DNA of 63,599 nt, filler included, from Folioceros fuciformis (GCA_049999805.1; 15 parts of 15 records of this genome joined end to end with filler, not necessarily neighbours in it), one strand, 5' to 3'; shown: positions 11,900 through 24,289, numbered from the whole stretch's first letter. Numbers and translations: made by a program. Notes: generated by a model from the letters alone, not told the origin.

Positions 11900-13786
11900 C
11901 TAGGGTTCTCTAACATGTGTGCTTGCATGCCACCTCTTGTTGAGAATTGGTCGTTTGTGTCCGAGTTGTTGCATGGGTTATGCAACCTGAGGAGCTTGAA
12001 GGCAGCCCACGTTATCATCTGCGATCGAGGAACGTCCCTGCTAGGGTTACACCGGAGCGTGGACGAGCTAGGAGGAGGAGAGCTGCACGTCAGCGACGTT
12101 TGTCTTGGGAGGAAGAGGTCCAAGAGGACCATCAAGCTGGGCCAAGTGCTGTAGGCCAGCAGCAACCAGAGATCAAGAGTTGGTCTCCGTTTGTGGGCTG
12201 GACAGCCACAGCTGCCCCCACAGTTCCTTTGGGAAGCCAAGGAGCTGGTTTCAATTGTCCAGTAGTCATAATTGCAAGGTTAGGGACTCAAGGTCGGGCA
12301 TACCTCTCTGAGGATCCAGATACTAGATCCATGGAGGGAGGACCACCTTACAAGCAGGAGAGATTCTCCAGGAGACCAGGGACATAGACTTTGCGGGATT
12401 TCAGACTGCACCTCAATGCTGTCATCAGTCGGGTAAAATTCAAGCATGCTGAAGCTTACAACCATTTGTATATGTTCGAGCAGCTTTCAAGTTATCTGAC
12501 AGATGAAGCTTTGGACCTTTATGAGCTGCATCAGGCTGAGCTCACAGCCATGGTGTCCACGCCTAATACAAGGTTCCAGGAGGCTCTTCAGCTGGCTTAC
12601 AACGCCAAGCTGGCTGCAGCCATTCAGGTTCATCAGCAAGCCATTGTTGCAACCACGGTGGCACCAACACTACCACCCCCAACGGCTGTGACTCTTACAC
12701 CAAATGAAAGGATATTAGCCACTGTGGGCATACCCGATGAGTTGCAGGTTCCTAAGTATGCCAACCTCGTCGAAGAATTCATGGGCATTCTAGAGAAAGC
12801 TTCCCATTGAAGACTCCGGAGAAAATTGCAAAGCTGGCATCTTTTGCTAGGAAGAAGGGAGAAACCGTGCAGATGGCGTTCCGTAGACTGCAGAAGCTAC
12901 GTGAGGGCACAGGGATGCTAACGAACCAGGAGGTAGCGGAGAAATTCCTAATAGCCTTGGAAGGAGACCCACTCTTTCACTTTCAGCTCATCACAGCGGT
13001 GGTGGATAAATATGGTGATAGGTATACCTTGGAGCAAGTACATGAAGAAGCTGAACGTAGGGAGATCGCTTTCTCTGCATATGTTCACGACACTCCAAGG
13101 CATTTACTCATTACCAGTCTATGTTCTCCACAAAGGGGTCTACTGCAATAGGTTCATGGGCCAAGTCACAGCAGGCCAACTGTCAAGGCTGGAGTAGCTG
13201 CAGCTACAGTTGCTTCTTCGTGCAACTACTATGGCAGTTCTAAGCATATGAGCCCTGCCTACAAATGCCCACCGGAAGACTTGTACTGTACACATTGTCA
13301 CAAGAATGGACATGTGGTCACAATATGTTTTCAAAAGCATCTAGAGAGAAGATCTCAGAAAAATGCAAGCAGTGGGACAGGGACTACAGCAGTTGATGCT
13401 GGAGGTACAGGTACCACAGAAGCTGATATTAGTGTTGGGGTCTCACGCCGCCGACAGCAAAGGGACAAGGCCAAAGCTAGGGCTGCATCCAATGCAGAGA
13501 AGGTCTTCTCTGTTGCAACGTTATCTTCACAGCTAGGCGTGGTTACAGCCAGTCTCAGTAGTGGAGCAACCTCACCCAAACCAGCCAGTGTTGCTGAACT
13601 GGTTAGAGATAAGGAGGAGGATTACGGCTCACCACATCAGGTGTGTGTCGCCAACGGGATGGAGGCTGAGATGGCAACTACTGAGTTGCCACAAACATGG
13701 GTAGGGCAACATTTATACCCACCAGTGTTGGAGACAGCAGCAGGGCCAGTCACTCGGCAGCGAGGAGTGAGGGCGGTCATGCCCCA
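11900..13786 (+). mobile_element. Ty3/gypsy gag region, degenerate
   Basis: Capsid-like segments (FEQLSSYLTDEALDLYE; ARKKGETVQMAFRRL) and CCHC knuckle CTHCHKNGHVVTIC, split by stops and frameshifts. Confidence 0.7.
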
Positions 13787-13886
13787 NNNNNNNNNNNNNN
13801 NNNNNNNNNNNNNNNNNNNNNNNNNNNNNNTTAATTAATTAANNNNNNNNNNNNNNNNNNNNNNNNNNNNNNNNNNNNNNNNNNNN

Positions 13887-14191
13887 TGTGTGAGGGAAGT
13901 CGCAGATCTAAGAGGTTAGAGTCGTTGTAGTGATGGGAGTGAGTTTGTGGGCACCGAGAGAGGTGCAGCTGACCGCTAGACAACGAGGCCTGTTTTACGC
14001 CTTATCGGAGCTGGAGGGGAGCCCTTGAATCCATCATCGAGTCGATCAAGTCCGGCCCTCCATCCACAGCAGCAAGGAACCCCATCGCTCCTTCGTGGGA
14101 ACGAAACCCAATGTCTCAACGACAGTGGGATAAGTGTGGCCACTAAAGGTGGAACCCATTGGCAATCAGTGCCCGGGGTTTTGCCACCACA
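13887..14191 (+). mobile_element. 3' end of long LTR (TGTGAACC...CCACA family), inserted in a copia RNase H
   Basis: Near-identical to 22240-22543 and to the reverse complement of 44311-44610. Ends GGGTTTTGCCACCACA. Confidence 0.85.
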
Positions 14192-15715
14192 ACAAGGCCT
14201 TAACAGATGCATGCAAAGAAGCTGAGTGGGAGCGCCAATTCCTGGATTCTGTACAACAAACACAAGTTGGATCAACTCAGCTGAAATGTGACAACATGTC
14301 TGCTATTGCCCTTGTGTCCAACCCCCAGTTTCATGCTCGAACAAAGCACATCGAATTATACCATCACTATTTAAGAGATGTGGCTGAGAGAGGACTGGTT
14401 AAAGTTGAATATGTGAACACTGAAGATAACACAGCTGATCTCCTAACAAAAGGACTACCAAAGATCAAACATTATAAACATAGTGTAGCATGTGGGCTGC
14501 GTGCATTTACAGTCACTAGAAAAACTGTCTAAGACTTGTGCTGTAAGCTCAGCAGTGAGATCACACAAAAAAAGAGGAAGAGAACTAGGAGCCTACAAGT
14601 GCTAAGCCAGACTTTCTACTCAGTTAAAGCCTGATTAGTGTTGTTGGCCAAAAAAAAGAAACAAAAAAAAAAAACAATGAACTTGGAAAGGAAAAACGTA
14701 GAGGACAGTAGGTGTTGGTGGTTTTTTTTTGAACTCACAGTTTCATGCTGGAGTTGCACATCCAGTTGCTCCAAGACACGCAGCCTGGCTGATTTGAGGA
14801 GGTTCTCAATTTCCTCACACTTCTGCGAGGTTTGGAGCAAGTGAACAATCTGGTTTCGGTCCGCCTGCGTCGGCCACCACTTCTCACTCGATGCTTCAGT
14901 GCTGATGGTCTCCTAACACTCTTCCTCCACAGCGGGCTGGCCTTGGCGCCTCTTTTTCTGCTTAGTCCGCACCATGGAAGCCCTGCAGGTGCTGAGCCTG
15001 AACATGATGAGATGGTGAGCGTGAACCAACAGCACTCCGCGAGACCTGCCAAGACCGAAAGCAAAGGTGATCAGATTGAGAGCAGAGCAAGAACGAGGAC
15101 GGGGTCAGCCTGCGTCGTTCCTCAATCTCTGGATGGCTGGGTTGTGAGCCTTCTGGCATTTCATCAGCCCGCGCTGAACCAGCAACGGGATCGCCCCGCG
15201 CTTGCGAGGCAGCAGGACAAGTCCCACGCCGGATTGCTGGACGGGCGCCTCGCGGCGGCATCGCGATGTCCTGTAGAGGACTCGCGGATCACAAGCTGGC
15301 TTCATGCTCTGTGTGTTATGTGCCGCGGGTGTGTTCTCGTCGTGGGCCGTTCTCGTGTAGTGGCCGCACGTGTGCGAATCGCCGTGGGGATTTCGTGAGT
15401 TGGTTTTCGCATGTGCAAGTTTATGCGGCTTTAATTTCCCGTTGCACGTTCTCTGGGGTTTTTCTGTTCCGTTCCGTTGCGTGACACTGTTCTGTTATGA
15501 AGTTTTCCTAGTGGTTAAGTTTTTTTTTACTTTTAACATGAGAGGGATTCTACCTTTAACCTAAGAGTAGGTTAAGTGGGAGTGTTAATAATAAGGGGTT
15601 ATTTTAGTATAACCTACCTCAGGGTTAATTAACCATAGTTATGAAAAGACACTTTGTATATAATACCTTTTTTTTGGTTGAGTTTAATTAATTGTCATTT
15701 TATGCAACTTGTGCA
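14192..15715 (+). mobile_element. Ty1/copia RNase H end, ~1.04-kb 3' insert, PPT and short LTR
   Basis: CDNMSAIALVSNPQFHARTKHIE..ADLLTK, stop at 14532. PPT AAGTGGGAG 15574-15582. LTR starts TGTTAATAA at 15583; its right end is uncertain. Confidence 0.85.
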
Positions 15716-16346
15716 CTAGCATCTTTTCTTCTAGCATTCAAGACCTGTATGCAGGCAACAATCAGTCAAGTCAGTTGATAGCCTTGCGAAATCTGCAACT
15801 TTGCAAGATGAGAGATGGTGAATCAATAGAAAAACACCTTGGACATTTCAGAGCACTTGTTTCAAAACTGGAAAGTGCTTCAAATGAGACTATCAAGGAT
15901 TATATGCTTGCCCTTCACTTCCTCTCGTCACTCCCGGAGGCCTGGTCACATTTTGTGACCTCCTTCAATGCTTCTAGACTCCAAACTGAAAAACTGGCAA
16001 AGGCTTCAAGTGTAACCCTGCCAGAGACAACGTTTTCAGAGTTAGTGGGAGGATTATTATAGGAAGAAGAAGCAAGACAGTCTCACGGACGTACAGGCAA
16101 GTAGCAAGCACTCTACACATCTAACAGAGGACGTGGTGGAGGAAGACCCTACAACAGAGGTGGGGGCAGCTTCTCAAGGGGTGGTGGCTCACAAGGACAT
16201 GGATCTGGAGCCAGCCAAAGAAAACCAAAGAGGACAGGCAACTGCAACTGGTGCAAGTTGCCTGGTCACTGGGAGCGTGAGTGCCGGAAAAAGCAAGCTG
16301 GTGTTCCTTGCAAGGAGGGTTCAACCAATGCTGAGACTCACGTGGT
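15716..16346 (+). mobile_element. Ty1/copia gag fragment
   Basis: KMRDGESIEKHL..FLSSLPEAWSHFV and zinc knuckle CNWCKLPGHWEREC. Interrupted by an LTR at 16347. Confidence 0.8.
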
Positions 16347-17752
16347 TGTAAAGAAACAACTGTCAGAGATGGAGACTAGGAGTAGCGTGCAAAGTAGTTG
16401 CTTTATTGCATGCAGAAAAAATGTCTTACAAATTAATTAATTACAATATACCAACCACCGCCCTTACTAAATAACTGCCTATGGGTGTCACGTGCAACGT
16501 TCCACCATCCATGCCGTTCCACCAGCCATACCGTTTTGGGTGGTTTAATTAGTATAATGTATTTATGCCTAAACGGGATTATATTTTAACACCCCCTCTT
16601 AAACCAGATGCGAAACGAGAAGAGGATAGGGCACGCGCCGCCACACGCTGCAGATCAGGGACTGAGGAACGCGCGACAACGGGTGGTGGAGCATGGATGC
16701 TATCTCGAGAGGGCCGCCGCGCATGTCGCTGAAAACGAGTGGAGCTGGGGGCATAGGAACGGGCGTGCGATGCTCACCTGAAGGACTGCAGTGTGTTGTG
16801 GGGATCGGTTGGCCAAGGATCGACGCAACGCTGGGAAGACGTCCACGCTGCAGGGCTGCAGGTTTCTCATCCCGCGCGCTTGCCCCAAAGACTACGTTTT
16901 TCATACTGGCTGGCGAGGAATCGGGTCTGTGGCTGGTTTCCTGATGTTGGGCTGTGTCTCTGCAGGCTGCGCGCACTGGAGAGACATTCGAGCTGTAAAG
17001 GCTGCAGGTATCCCCTTGCGCGCTTGCTCCAGAGACTGCAGCTCTTTTTCTCTCGTTTGTGCAAGGTGGTGAAAAGATCGGATCTGCGTCTTGGCTCTTG
17101 ATCTGTATGTTGGCAAGCCGCAGGCGCCATGGTATGCTGTTGGATCCTAGCGGTACTGAGGCCAGATGCTTATATCAACGCTGAAGCTTCATCCATCTGG
17201 TAAGTCAGTTTTGGTTGCGGGCGGGCATCGTGGCTTGACCACTGATAACCAGCGATGCCTAGTTGTATCTCGTTGGTGAGGTTTAGCTGATCGGCATAGC
17301 CGTGCACCCTCGTGTGATAGGTGAATGTGGAAGCTGGGCTGTAGGGGCTGCAGGGGGAATATGCGGCATCACCTCGGTCACCCGTCCGCAGGTAGCTTGC
17401 TGGTTTCCCCCTCTCATTCACGCAGCCCTTTCATGTGTCAATGTGGGCAGAATAGTCACTGAGGCCAAGCCCCCGCATATGTAGATAGTGGGGGAGCTTG
17501 GGCAAACCCTTTGTAAAAATGTCTGCCGTGTTTGAGTCTGTACTTACGTGACTAACCTTGATGATGCCCCTGGATACCAGATCTCGAATATAGTGATGGT
17601 GCACTTCGATGTGCTTCGTTCGTGCGTGGAAGGTTGGCTTGGATACAAGCTCCAGGGCTGAAGTATTGTCACATAAGATAATTGTGGGATCTGGTTGCGG
17701 GTGGCCAAGACCTGTAAGGAAACTTCTTTCCCACTCTGCTTCTTTGGCTGCT
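16347..17752 (-). mobile_element. Ty1/copia RNase H end, ~0.9-kb 3' insert, PPT and 3' LTR (16347-16591)
   Basis: Minus frame KEAEWERSFL..CDNTSALELVSKPTFHARTKHIEVHHHYIRD..ADIFT. PPT AAGAGGGGG 16600-16592. LTR TGTTAAAA...CTTTACA. Confidence 0.85.
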
Positions 17753-17817
17753 TGTGAACCTCCAAAGTTTGGGGTAGTAGTTTGTTTTGGTTGAAAAAGG
17801 GTTAATAGTGGTATGGT
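17753..17817 (+). mobile_element. 5' end of TGTGAACC-family long LTR
   Basis: Matches 23582 onward and the reverse complement of 48540-48604. Confidence 0.85.
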
Positions 17818-17917
17818 NNNNNNNNNNNNNNNNNNNNNNNNNNNNNNNNNNNNNNNNNNNNTTAATTAATTAANNNNNNNNNNNNNNNNNNNNNNNNNNN
17901 NNNNNNNNNNNNNNNNN

Positions 17918-18670
17918 TTGGCCTTCGGCCCAGGAGCAACAATCCTAGCCTTAATTTGTCCTTGGCCTATGGCCAAGAGCAAGGCTACAAAAAGAGACTA
18001 GGTTTGCCTAAGAGAGGCAGACCCGGGACCCGTCAACAGGTGAAATCAAGCTGGAAAATTCTCCCAACCTGGCAATGCAACGAACCACAAGAACCTCTAG
18101 GAGACAAAGACACAGCAGGGACGAAGTATGGCTGTCTATTGGAACAAGACAAACATCAACAATCCGAGAATCCATGGCTGGGTGCCTACATATATAGGCA
18201 AAAACCCCCAGGAGTTCTCGATGAAGTGTCCACCCGTATCGATGGTGGGCACTTTATAATCCTACTTTCCTTGATTTATGATTTTTATGTATTTTCTAAT
18301 ATCTTCTAATATAAATCTGCTATCTATATATGCGGCATAGCACCGCGCCTTTCATGCACAACCATGCATATAGGTTGCATGCGCCATGACACATCACCTG
18401 CCACATGTCCACATACATCACATGTCATCCTTCATCTCCATATGCATGCATACATGGCACACATGCATATATGGCATACATGTCATGTGCAGGCCATCCA
18501 TGGGCCATGTACATGACATCATCAAGCACTTCAGCATCAGGGCTTATGCCCGAGATGCTCCAGTCAGTATCTAGTCATTTCAGCATTCAGGGCTTATGCC
18601 CAGGATGCTCTAGTCAGTATCCAGTCATAGAGTCTTAGGTGCTCTGTTTCCCATACAGCAACAGCATGAC
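17918..18670 (-). mobile_element. Two pieces of the LTR family seen at 290-830
   Basis: 17918-18038 matches 713-830 (LTR start TGTTGACGG). 18430-18670 matches the CATG-rich block at 430-610. Confidence 0.7.
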
Positions 18671-18894
18671 ACGCCTCTTCAGCTACCGGGGTTGGGGTCT
18701 CGGCTACCGGTGTTGCCGCTCCACGACCAGTAGCTTCTTCAGCTACTGGCGTTGCAACTCGGCTACTCCGCCGAGTCCGGGCCTTCCCCTTCACTTTGTC
18801 TCGGGCCTCGTCCCGCTCTCGCTTGTATCTCTCCACCAGCTTCTGCATTCGCTCCACCGCAGATGCTTCCTACTCATGGGCCCTTAATACCTCC
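18668..18894 (-). pseudogene. Fragment of coiled-coil accessory ORF homologous to 43049-43465
   Basis: MQKLVERYKRERDEARDKVKGK aligns with VQKLADRYKREGDEARSRVKGK. Confidence 0.65.
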
Positions 18895-21428
18895 TGTAGG
18901 GTTATTAAAGCCAGATGTGCTTAGACTAATGTGTTTAGTCTAAGATTAGTGTCTAGTTAAGTATCATTAGTTTAGATTAGCTTAAGCTAATCTGTAGGAA
19001 GCTTCCTGTGCAATTCTTGTGAAGCTTCCTTGGGAGCTCTTCTAGAGGGTATAAATACCTCCTTGAGTTCCCTTGCTATTGAGACTTTGTGTGAGAGTGT
19101 GACCTTTCTTTCTCCTCTCCTTGCTTCCTCCTCTTCTCCTTCACTATGTGGTTCCTCTAGCGATCCTTCAACTAGTATCAGAGCGGGTGTGGAGCAAGAT
19201 GGTGTTGGCTCTAGGTGATGGTTGTAGGTGCTTCGTGAGGAGGGCACTGGAGTGAGTCCGTGTGCGGCATCTTAGGGTGCAAGGGTCTCCAACCCCGCCG
19301 TGCAAGGCAGTGTAGAGCGGAAGCGCGAAGCCAGGATTGTGGGGTGTGCTCCTGGAGCGGGGCGGCACCAGGCCCAGGTGCTCCCAGCCGCGGGCGCACA
19401 AGGCGCCGCGAGCGCAGAAGGGCGCCCTGCAGTGGGGGCGCTAGGCCCCGGGAGTGTCAGGCCTCCCAGCCGCCTCGAATTAGGGGCGCCTAACCAGGCC
19501 GCCCCGAATCGAGGGCGCCTGGCCCGGCTGCGTGGGCCGTCAAGCCCCGGCCAAGCGCTAGACACACCCGGCCATCAAAGTCACCCTGCCCGGCCGCCGC
19601 GGGCGCTAGAGCTCCATCGGACGCGAGCGTCGGATGCCGAGCGCCGGGGCATAGCAAGGTTGTGGGTACCGCCGGGGCGCGGCCAGGCAGGCTGGCGGGC
19701 GCCAAACCCGGCCAGCGGGCACCGAGGGTGCCCCCGGACGCAGGTGCCACAGAGCGACGGAGCGCCATAGAGGGGACGCTGGATCGCGGTCACCAGAGCG
19801 CCGACGCCGAGAGCAAGGGCACGAGCGCCGAACCGTCCCGGCCGCGAGGCGTCGGGATCTCAATCGGATGATGGAACACTACAGTCATGAGCGATCGAGG
19901 CCTACAAGTTGTGGACAGCCAATTCGGAACAAGGTTGAGGGTAACAAAATCTACATTACATTTCGACAGTTTCTAACTAGCCTTTTGCTTGATTTGCATC
20001 AATTTTGAATCATGACGTCCTCGGAAAACGTCATGTTCAATATCGAGAAGTTAGATGGTACTAACTTCCCGTTTTGGAAAGAACAAGTGTATAATGTTCT
20101 AGTGCAGAAGAAGCAAATCAAGCCTATAAAGTTGTTAGGAGTAAAACCTGTTAGCATGACTCAGGATGAATGGTAGGATCTAGATGAGCTTGCTAGGTCT
20201 ACCATCATGCTAACATTGTCAAAGTCGGTCTACTTCAATGTGAAAGACAAGACCACAAGTTACGAGCTATGGCAAAAGTTGTGTGACCTGTATGACAAGC
20301 AAAGTGCAGATTCTAAGGTGCACTGGTTGAAACAGCTGGTGGACTTGAAAATGAAGGAAGGGACGAGGATGTCCGATCATCTGAATGAGTTCAATACCAT
20401 TTTCAGCCGGCTCTCATCTCAAGGTATCTCGTTCCCAGATTCCGTGAGAGCTATGTTTTTGTTGGTCACATTACCAAAGAGCTGGGACACCTTTCGTACA
20501 GCTCTAAGTAATTCCGTTCCTGCCAGTGGTCTCACTGTTGTAAATGTAGAAGGTAGCCTGTTAACAGAGGAGGTGAACAAGAAGAATATGGAACCTTCGA
20601 AAGGTTCCAATGCCCTCATGGTGAGAGGAAGGTCCACTTTAAAGGGGAAGTACAAGGAGCGAAGTCTTTCTTGTAGTAAATCTCGTAGTCGTAACAATGT
20701 TGAGTGTTACCATTGTCACAAGAAGGGTCACATCAGAAGGGACTGCGAGAAGTTCAAGAAAGGCGAAGGAAAGGAGAAGAAGTAGAGCGACAAAAAGGCA
20801 AGCTCGAGTATCAAGCCTGACGAGGTGAATTCTGTTGACGATGGAGATGTTCTTATCTCTTCTTCCTTCGATTCTGCACAACTGACAGCCGTGGAGAGTC
20901 ACTTATTCTCTAATTGGATAATTGACTCTAGAGCATCTTTCAATGTTACTCCGCATAGGGAGTGGTTTAGCACCTATGATGCTACTAGGAAAGGATGTGT
21001 ACGGCTTGGAAATAACTACGCATCTGAGATTGCAGGCGTTGGTGATGTGCAGCTGAAGTTTGACAACGGGTCTTCATTCGTACTGAAGGATGTTAGGCAT
21101 GTTTCGAAGTTGACAAAAAGCATGATTAGCGTAGGGCAATTGGATGACGCTGGCTACCACTGTTGGTTTGGAGATCATTCATGGAAGATCTCTAAAGGTT
21201 CTCTTGTGTTATCTCATAGATCGAAGTGTGGCACTTTGTACTCACTTCAGGTAACCACTGTCAAGGATGATGTGATTTGTGTAACGGAACAACCAAGTGT
21301 TTCCTTGTGGCATTGTCGGTTAGGACATATGTCTCAAAAAGGAATGAAGATCCTATCTGGTTTTGGTTACATCCCTGCTTTTGACTTCTTCGATTTCTCC
21401 GCGTGTGAGCACTGTTTGTATGGGAAAC
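18895..21428 (+). mobile_element. Tnt1/Tork-like Ty1/copia 5' half: LTR 18895-19170, PBS 19173-19184, GC-rich leader, gag-protease-GAG-pre-integrase from 20012
   Basis: TG..CA LTR and TAGTATCAGAGC PBS. IEKLDGTNFPFWKEQ, CYHCHKKGHIRRDC, WIIDSRASFNV, LWHCRLGHMS..CEHC. In-frame stops; truncated by a gypsy LTR at 21429. Confidence 0.92.
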
Positions 21429-21556
21429 TGTAGAGGGAAAAACTATTCGCCCTTTTNNNNNNNNNNNNNNNNNNNNNNNNNNNNNNNNNNNNNNNNNNNN
21501 TTAATTAATTAANNNNNNNNNNNNNNNNNNNNNNNNNNNNNNNNNNNNNNNNNNNN

Positions 21557-22543
21557 AGACATCCTCCGAAGTCTCAGGATAGTCTAAGAGGTGGTAGATC
21601 CTTGTGTTGGTAGGGCCAGCTCATTGGTGGCAGGATGTGCTAGAAGTCTAAGTAAGTGGCTGGTGACAGCCGGCTAGGCTAGTGGTCCTATTAAAATAAT
21701 ATTTGTCAAGTTAGAGAGAGAGAGGCTCCTATAAGGTCAGGTGAGCCTGTAGGAGGAAGTAGTCATTCACTTTGGGAGTCAGTCTATCACTTCGTGAGCT
21801 CTTGGAGGTTCTCTCTTCATGAGGTCTTATGGTCTGTCCCTGCTTGGTTTAGGACCTGCAGTGTGTTGCCGGCTGTGCAACGTCTGGTAGGATCGCAAGC
21901 CGCGTGTTGCCGGTTGTACAGTGTCTGGTAGGATCACAAGGTGTAATGACTAGGGTGAAGGGGCTTGCCCCTAGCTCTTGATTGTAAAGGATGTGTCTTT
22001 CTCTCAACCTGTCCACTCTTGTTCCCTATTTGGACAAGTGCTGTAGGCCTGCCATGTTTCATGGCGTCTGGTAAGGTTGTGGGGAGGAGATATCCGAGAG
22101 GGGAGTGTGTTCCCTTCTTTCTTTTCTTTGGGGTTAGTCTAGTGACTCTTGACGGGTAGGAGGAGTTAGTAGGGAAGTGTAGAAGGTAGTGGTGTCATTG
22201 TTAGTTGCTGGTGTTGGTGCTGGAGTGAGAGAGTGAAGTGAGTGAGGGAAGTCGCAGATCTGAGAGGTTAGGGTTGTTGTAGTGACTAGAGTGAGTTTGT
22301 GGGCACCGAGAGAGGTGCAGCTGACCGCTGGACAGTGAGGCTTGTCCTACGCCCGACCGGAGCTGGAGGGGAGCCCTCGAATCCATCATCGAGTCGATTG
22401 AGTCCGACCCTCCATCCACAGCAGCAAAGAACCCCATCGCTCCTTCGTGGGAAAGGAACCCAATGTCTCAACGACAGTGGGATAAGTGTGGCCACTAAAG
22501 GTGGAACCCGTCGGCAATCAGTGCCCGGGGTTTTGCCTCCACA
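21557..22543 (+). mobile_element. 3' part of TGTGAACC-family long LTR, non-chimeric promoter version
   Basis: 21930-22543 matches the reverse complement of 44311-44938. The upstream part is different and has its own CCTATAAGG at ~21728. Confidence 0.8.
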
Positions 22544-22707
22544 CCTTGACCTACGGTTGAAGGTAGGGGCAATGGAGGATGAACAGGATATCTACAACAG
22601 TAGATGCGAGGGTGGGCATTAAGTTGTTGACATGGATACCATGGATTTGGCTCAACAAACTCGCAAACCTCCACCTACACCAACGTCTTCTCCCTCATCA
22701 CAAGGAA

Positions 22708-22860
22708 CTATTAATGGGGTTAACAAAACATGGGTTATTTAACCAGAGATGGGTTAACTAACAAGGGATTGTCTTAGACATTTAAAAACCAATTTTGTAA
22801 TACTTTGATTATTATCTATTTAGATTTCATGCTTCTGCAACTTTGACATGGTATCAAAGC
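22708..22860 (+). mobile_element. Short LTR followed by tRNA-iMet PBS
   Basis: Ends TTGACA then TGGTATCAAAGC (22849-22860). Resembles the LTR at 15583. Confidence 0.6.
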
Positions 22861-23581
22861 CATGGTCTTTAGCTTTAAACAAAATTCCTTGGAAGTTGAA
22901 ATGCTATTGAGTTATGGTGATGGTTTTTCTAGTCCTTGGTTGTTGATATTCATGCATTTATAAACTTTGTCTATATATGCTTAGGCATATACATCTTATT
23001 TAGATGTATTGCTTGTATTCTATTGTTAGAATTAGAAATTCAATGAAGAACCCATTTTTGTGATAGATGGTTTTGAATTGTTGGTTAAATGGCGCGAGGT
23101 GGTAAGCGGCCTTATGAGGATTTGCTGCATTAGCTTTTGTGGAGGCAACGTTGTGATCCTAGTAGGCCAGATCGAGTCAGTAGGTAGGGTGGCTATCCTG
23201 TGTGACAGGATTTTTTTGGTGACTCAGAGAGGTGGCATAATATTGGATTTCATTCAAGCAAAGCTATTCACAAAAATTTCAGACATAAGACATCTGACGC
23301 CATGCTATCGATACTGATGGCTTGCCTAGAATCCATTGAATTCTTCCTCAGGCATGTGCTAAACAGCCAGACCAAACAAGAGTCACGGGTAAACTATTTT
23401 GCGGTCAGAATTGCTGGATTGATTGAAGATCTTGGTGAAGCTAGTACCAAGCTTGGGTCAATCCTCATTAGCAATTCAAGATTGCTCCTGCCCGTCATGT
23501 GGATCTGGTGAGATGCATCCTGCATCACATGTGCTTGTGCCCAGGCATCATCGCGACGAGCCTCCGCTATGAAATTCATGG

Positions 23582-24021
23582 TGTGAACCTCCAAAGTTTG
23601 GGGTAGTAGTTTGTTTTGGTTGAAAAAGGGTTAATAGTGGTATGGTTTGGTTTTCTTTTTCTACTTATTTTCCCAAATTTTCCTTGATTTTCTGGTCATT
23701 TTTCGTATTTTTCTTTGTGCTAATTAGGTTAATTGACCAAGAAATAGTTGGTTTGGTTATAAGAGTGGGTATAGGTTTGGTCCCAGACCTGAGAAAGTTT
23801 AGGTCCGGTTCCGGACCATAGGGTTATTAAAGCCCAATGTGCTTAGACTAATGTGATTAGTTTAATTAGGCTAATGTGATTAGTTTAATTAGGCTAATGT
23901 AATTAGTCTAAGATTAGTGTCTAATTAAGTATCATTAGTTTAGATTAGCTTAAGCTAATTTTTAGGAAGCTTTGTGCATAGCTTCCTGTGAGCTTCTTGT
24001 GAAGCTTCCTTGGGAGCTTTT
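23582..24021 (+). mobile_element. Chimeric LTR: TGTGAACC-family 5' end fused at 23819 to the Tork-like copia LTR
   Basis: 23582-23818 matches the reverse complement of 48361-48604. 23819 onward matches 18897 onward. Confidence 0.85.
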
Positions 24022-24289
24022 NNNNNNNNNNNNNNNNNNNNNNNNNNNNNNNNNNNNNNNNNNNNTTAATTAATTAANNNNNNNNNNNNNNNNNNNNNNN
24101 NNNNNNNNNNNNNNNNNNNNNTTCACATGTCATCATACTTACCAAAATTTGGACGTGACATGTCTATTCATTGGACACAAACAAACTCTAGATATCCATG
24201 TTTAAATGTCACTTTTTAGTATGTGGAGCAACACTTGTCATTATGGTGCTTAGAAAGTGCAATGGATTTTTTCTTATACACCTCTTAAG

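Noticed and set aside
19168-19871. Multiple overlapping Pro/Arg/Gly-rich ORFs (also 57700-58150)
   Set aside because: Expected by chance in very GC-rich leader DNA; not conserved between the two copies.
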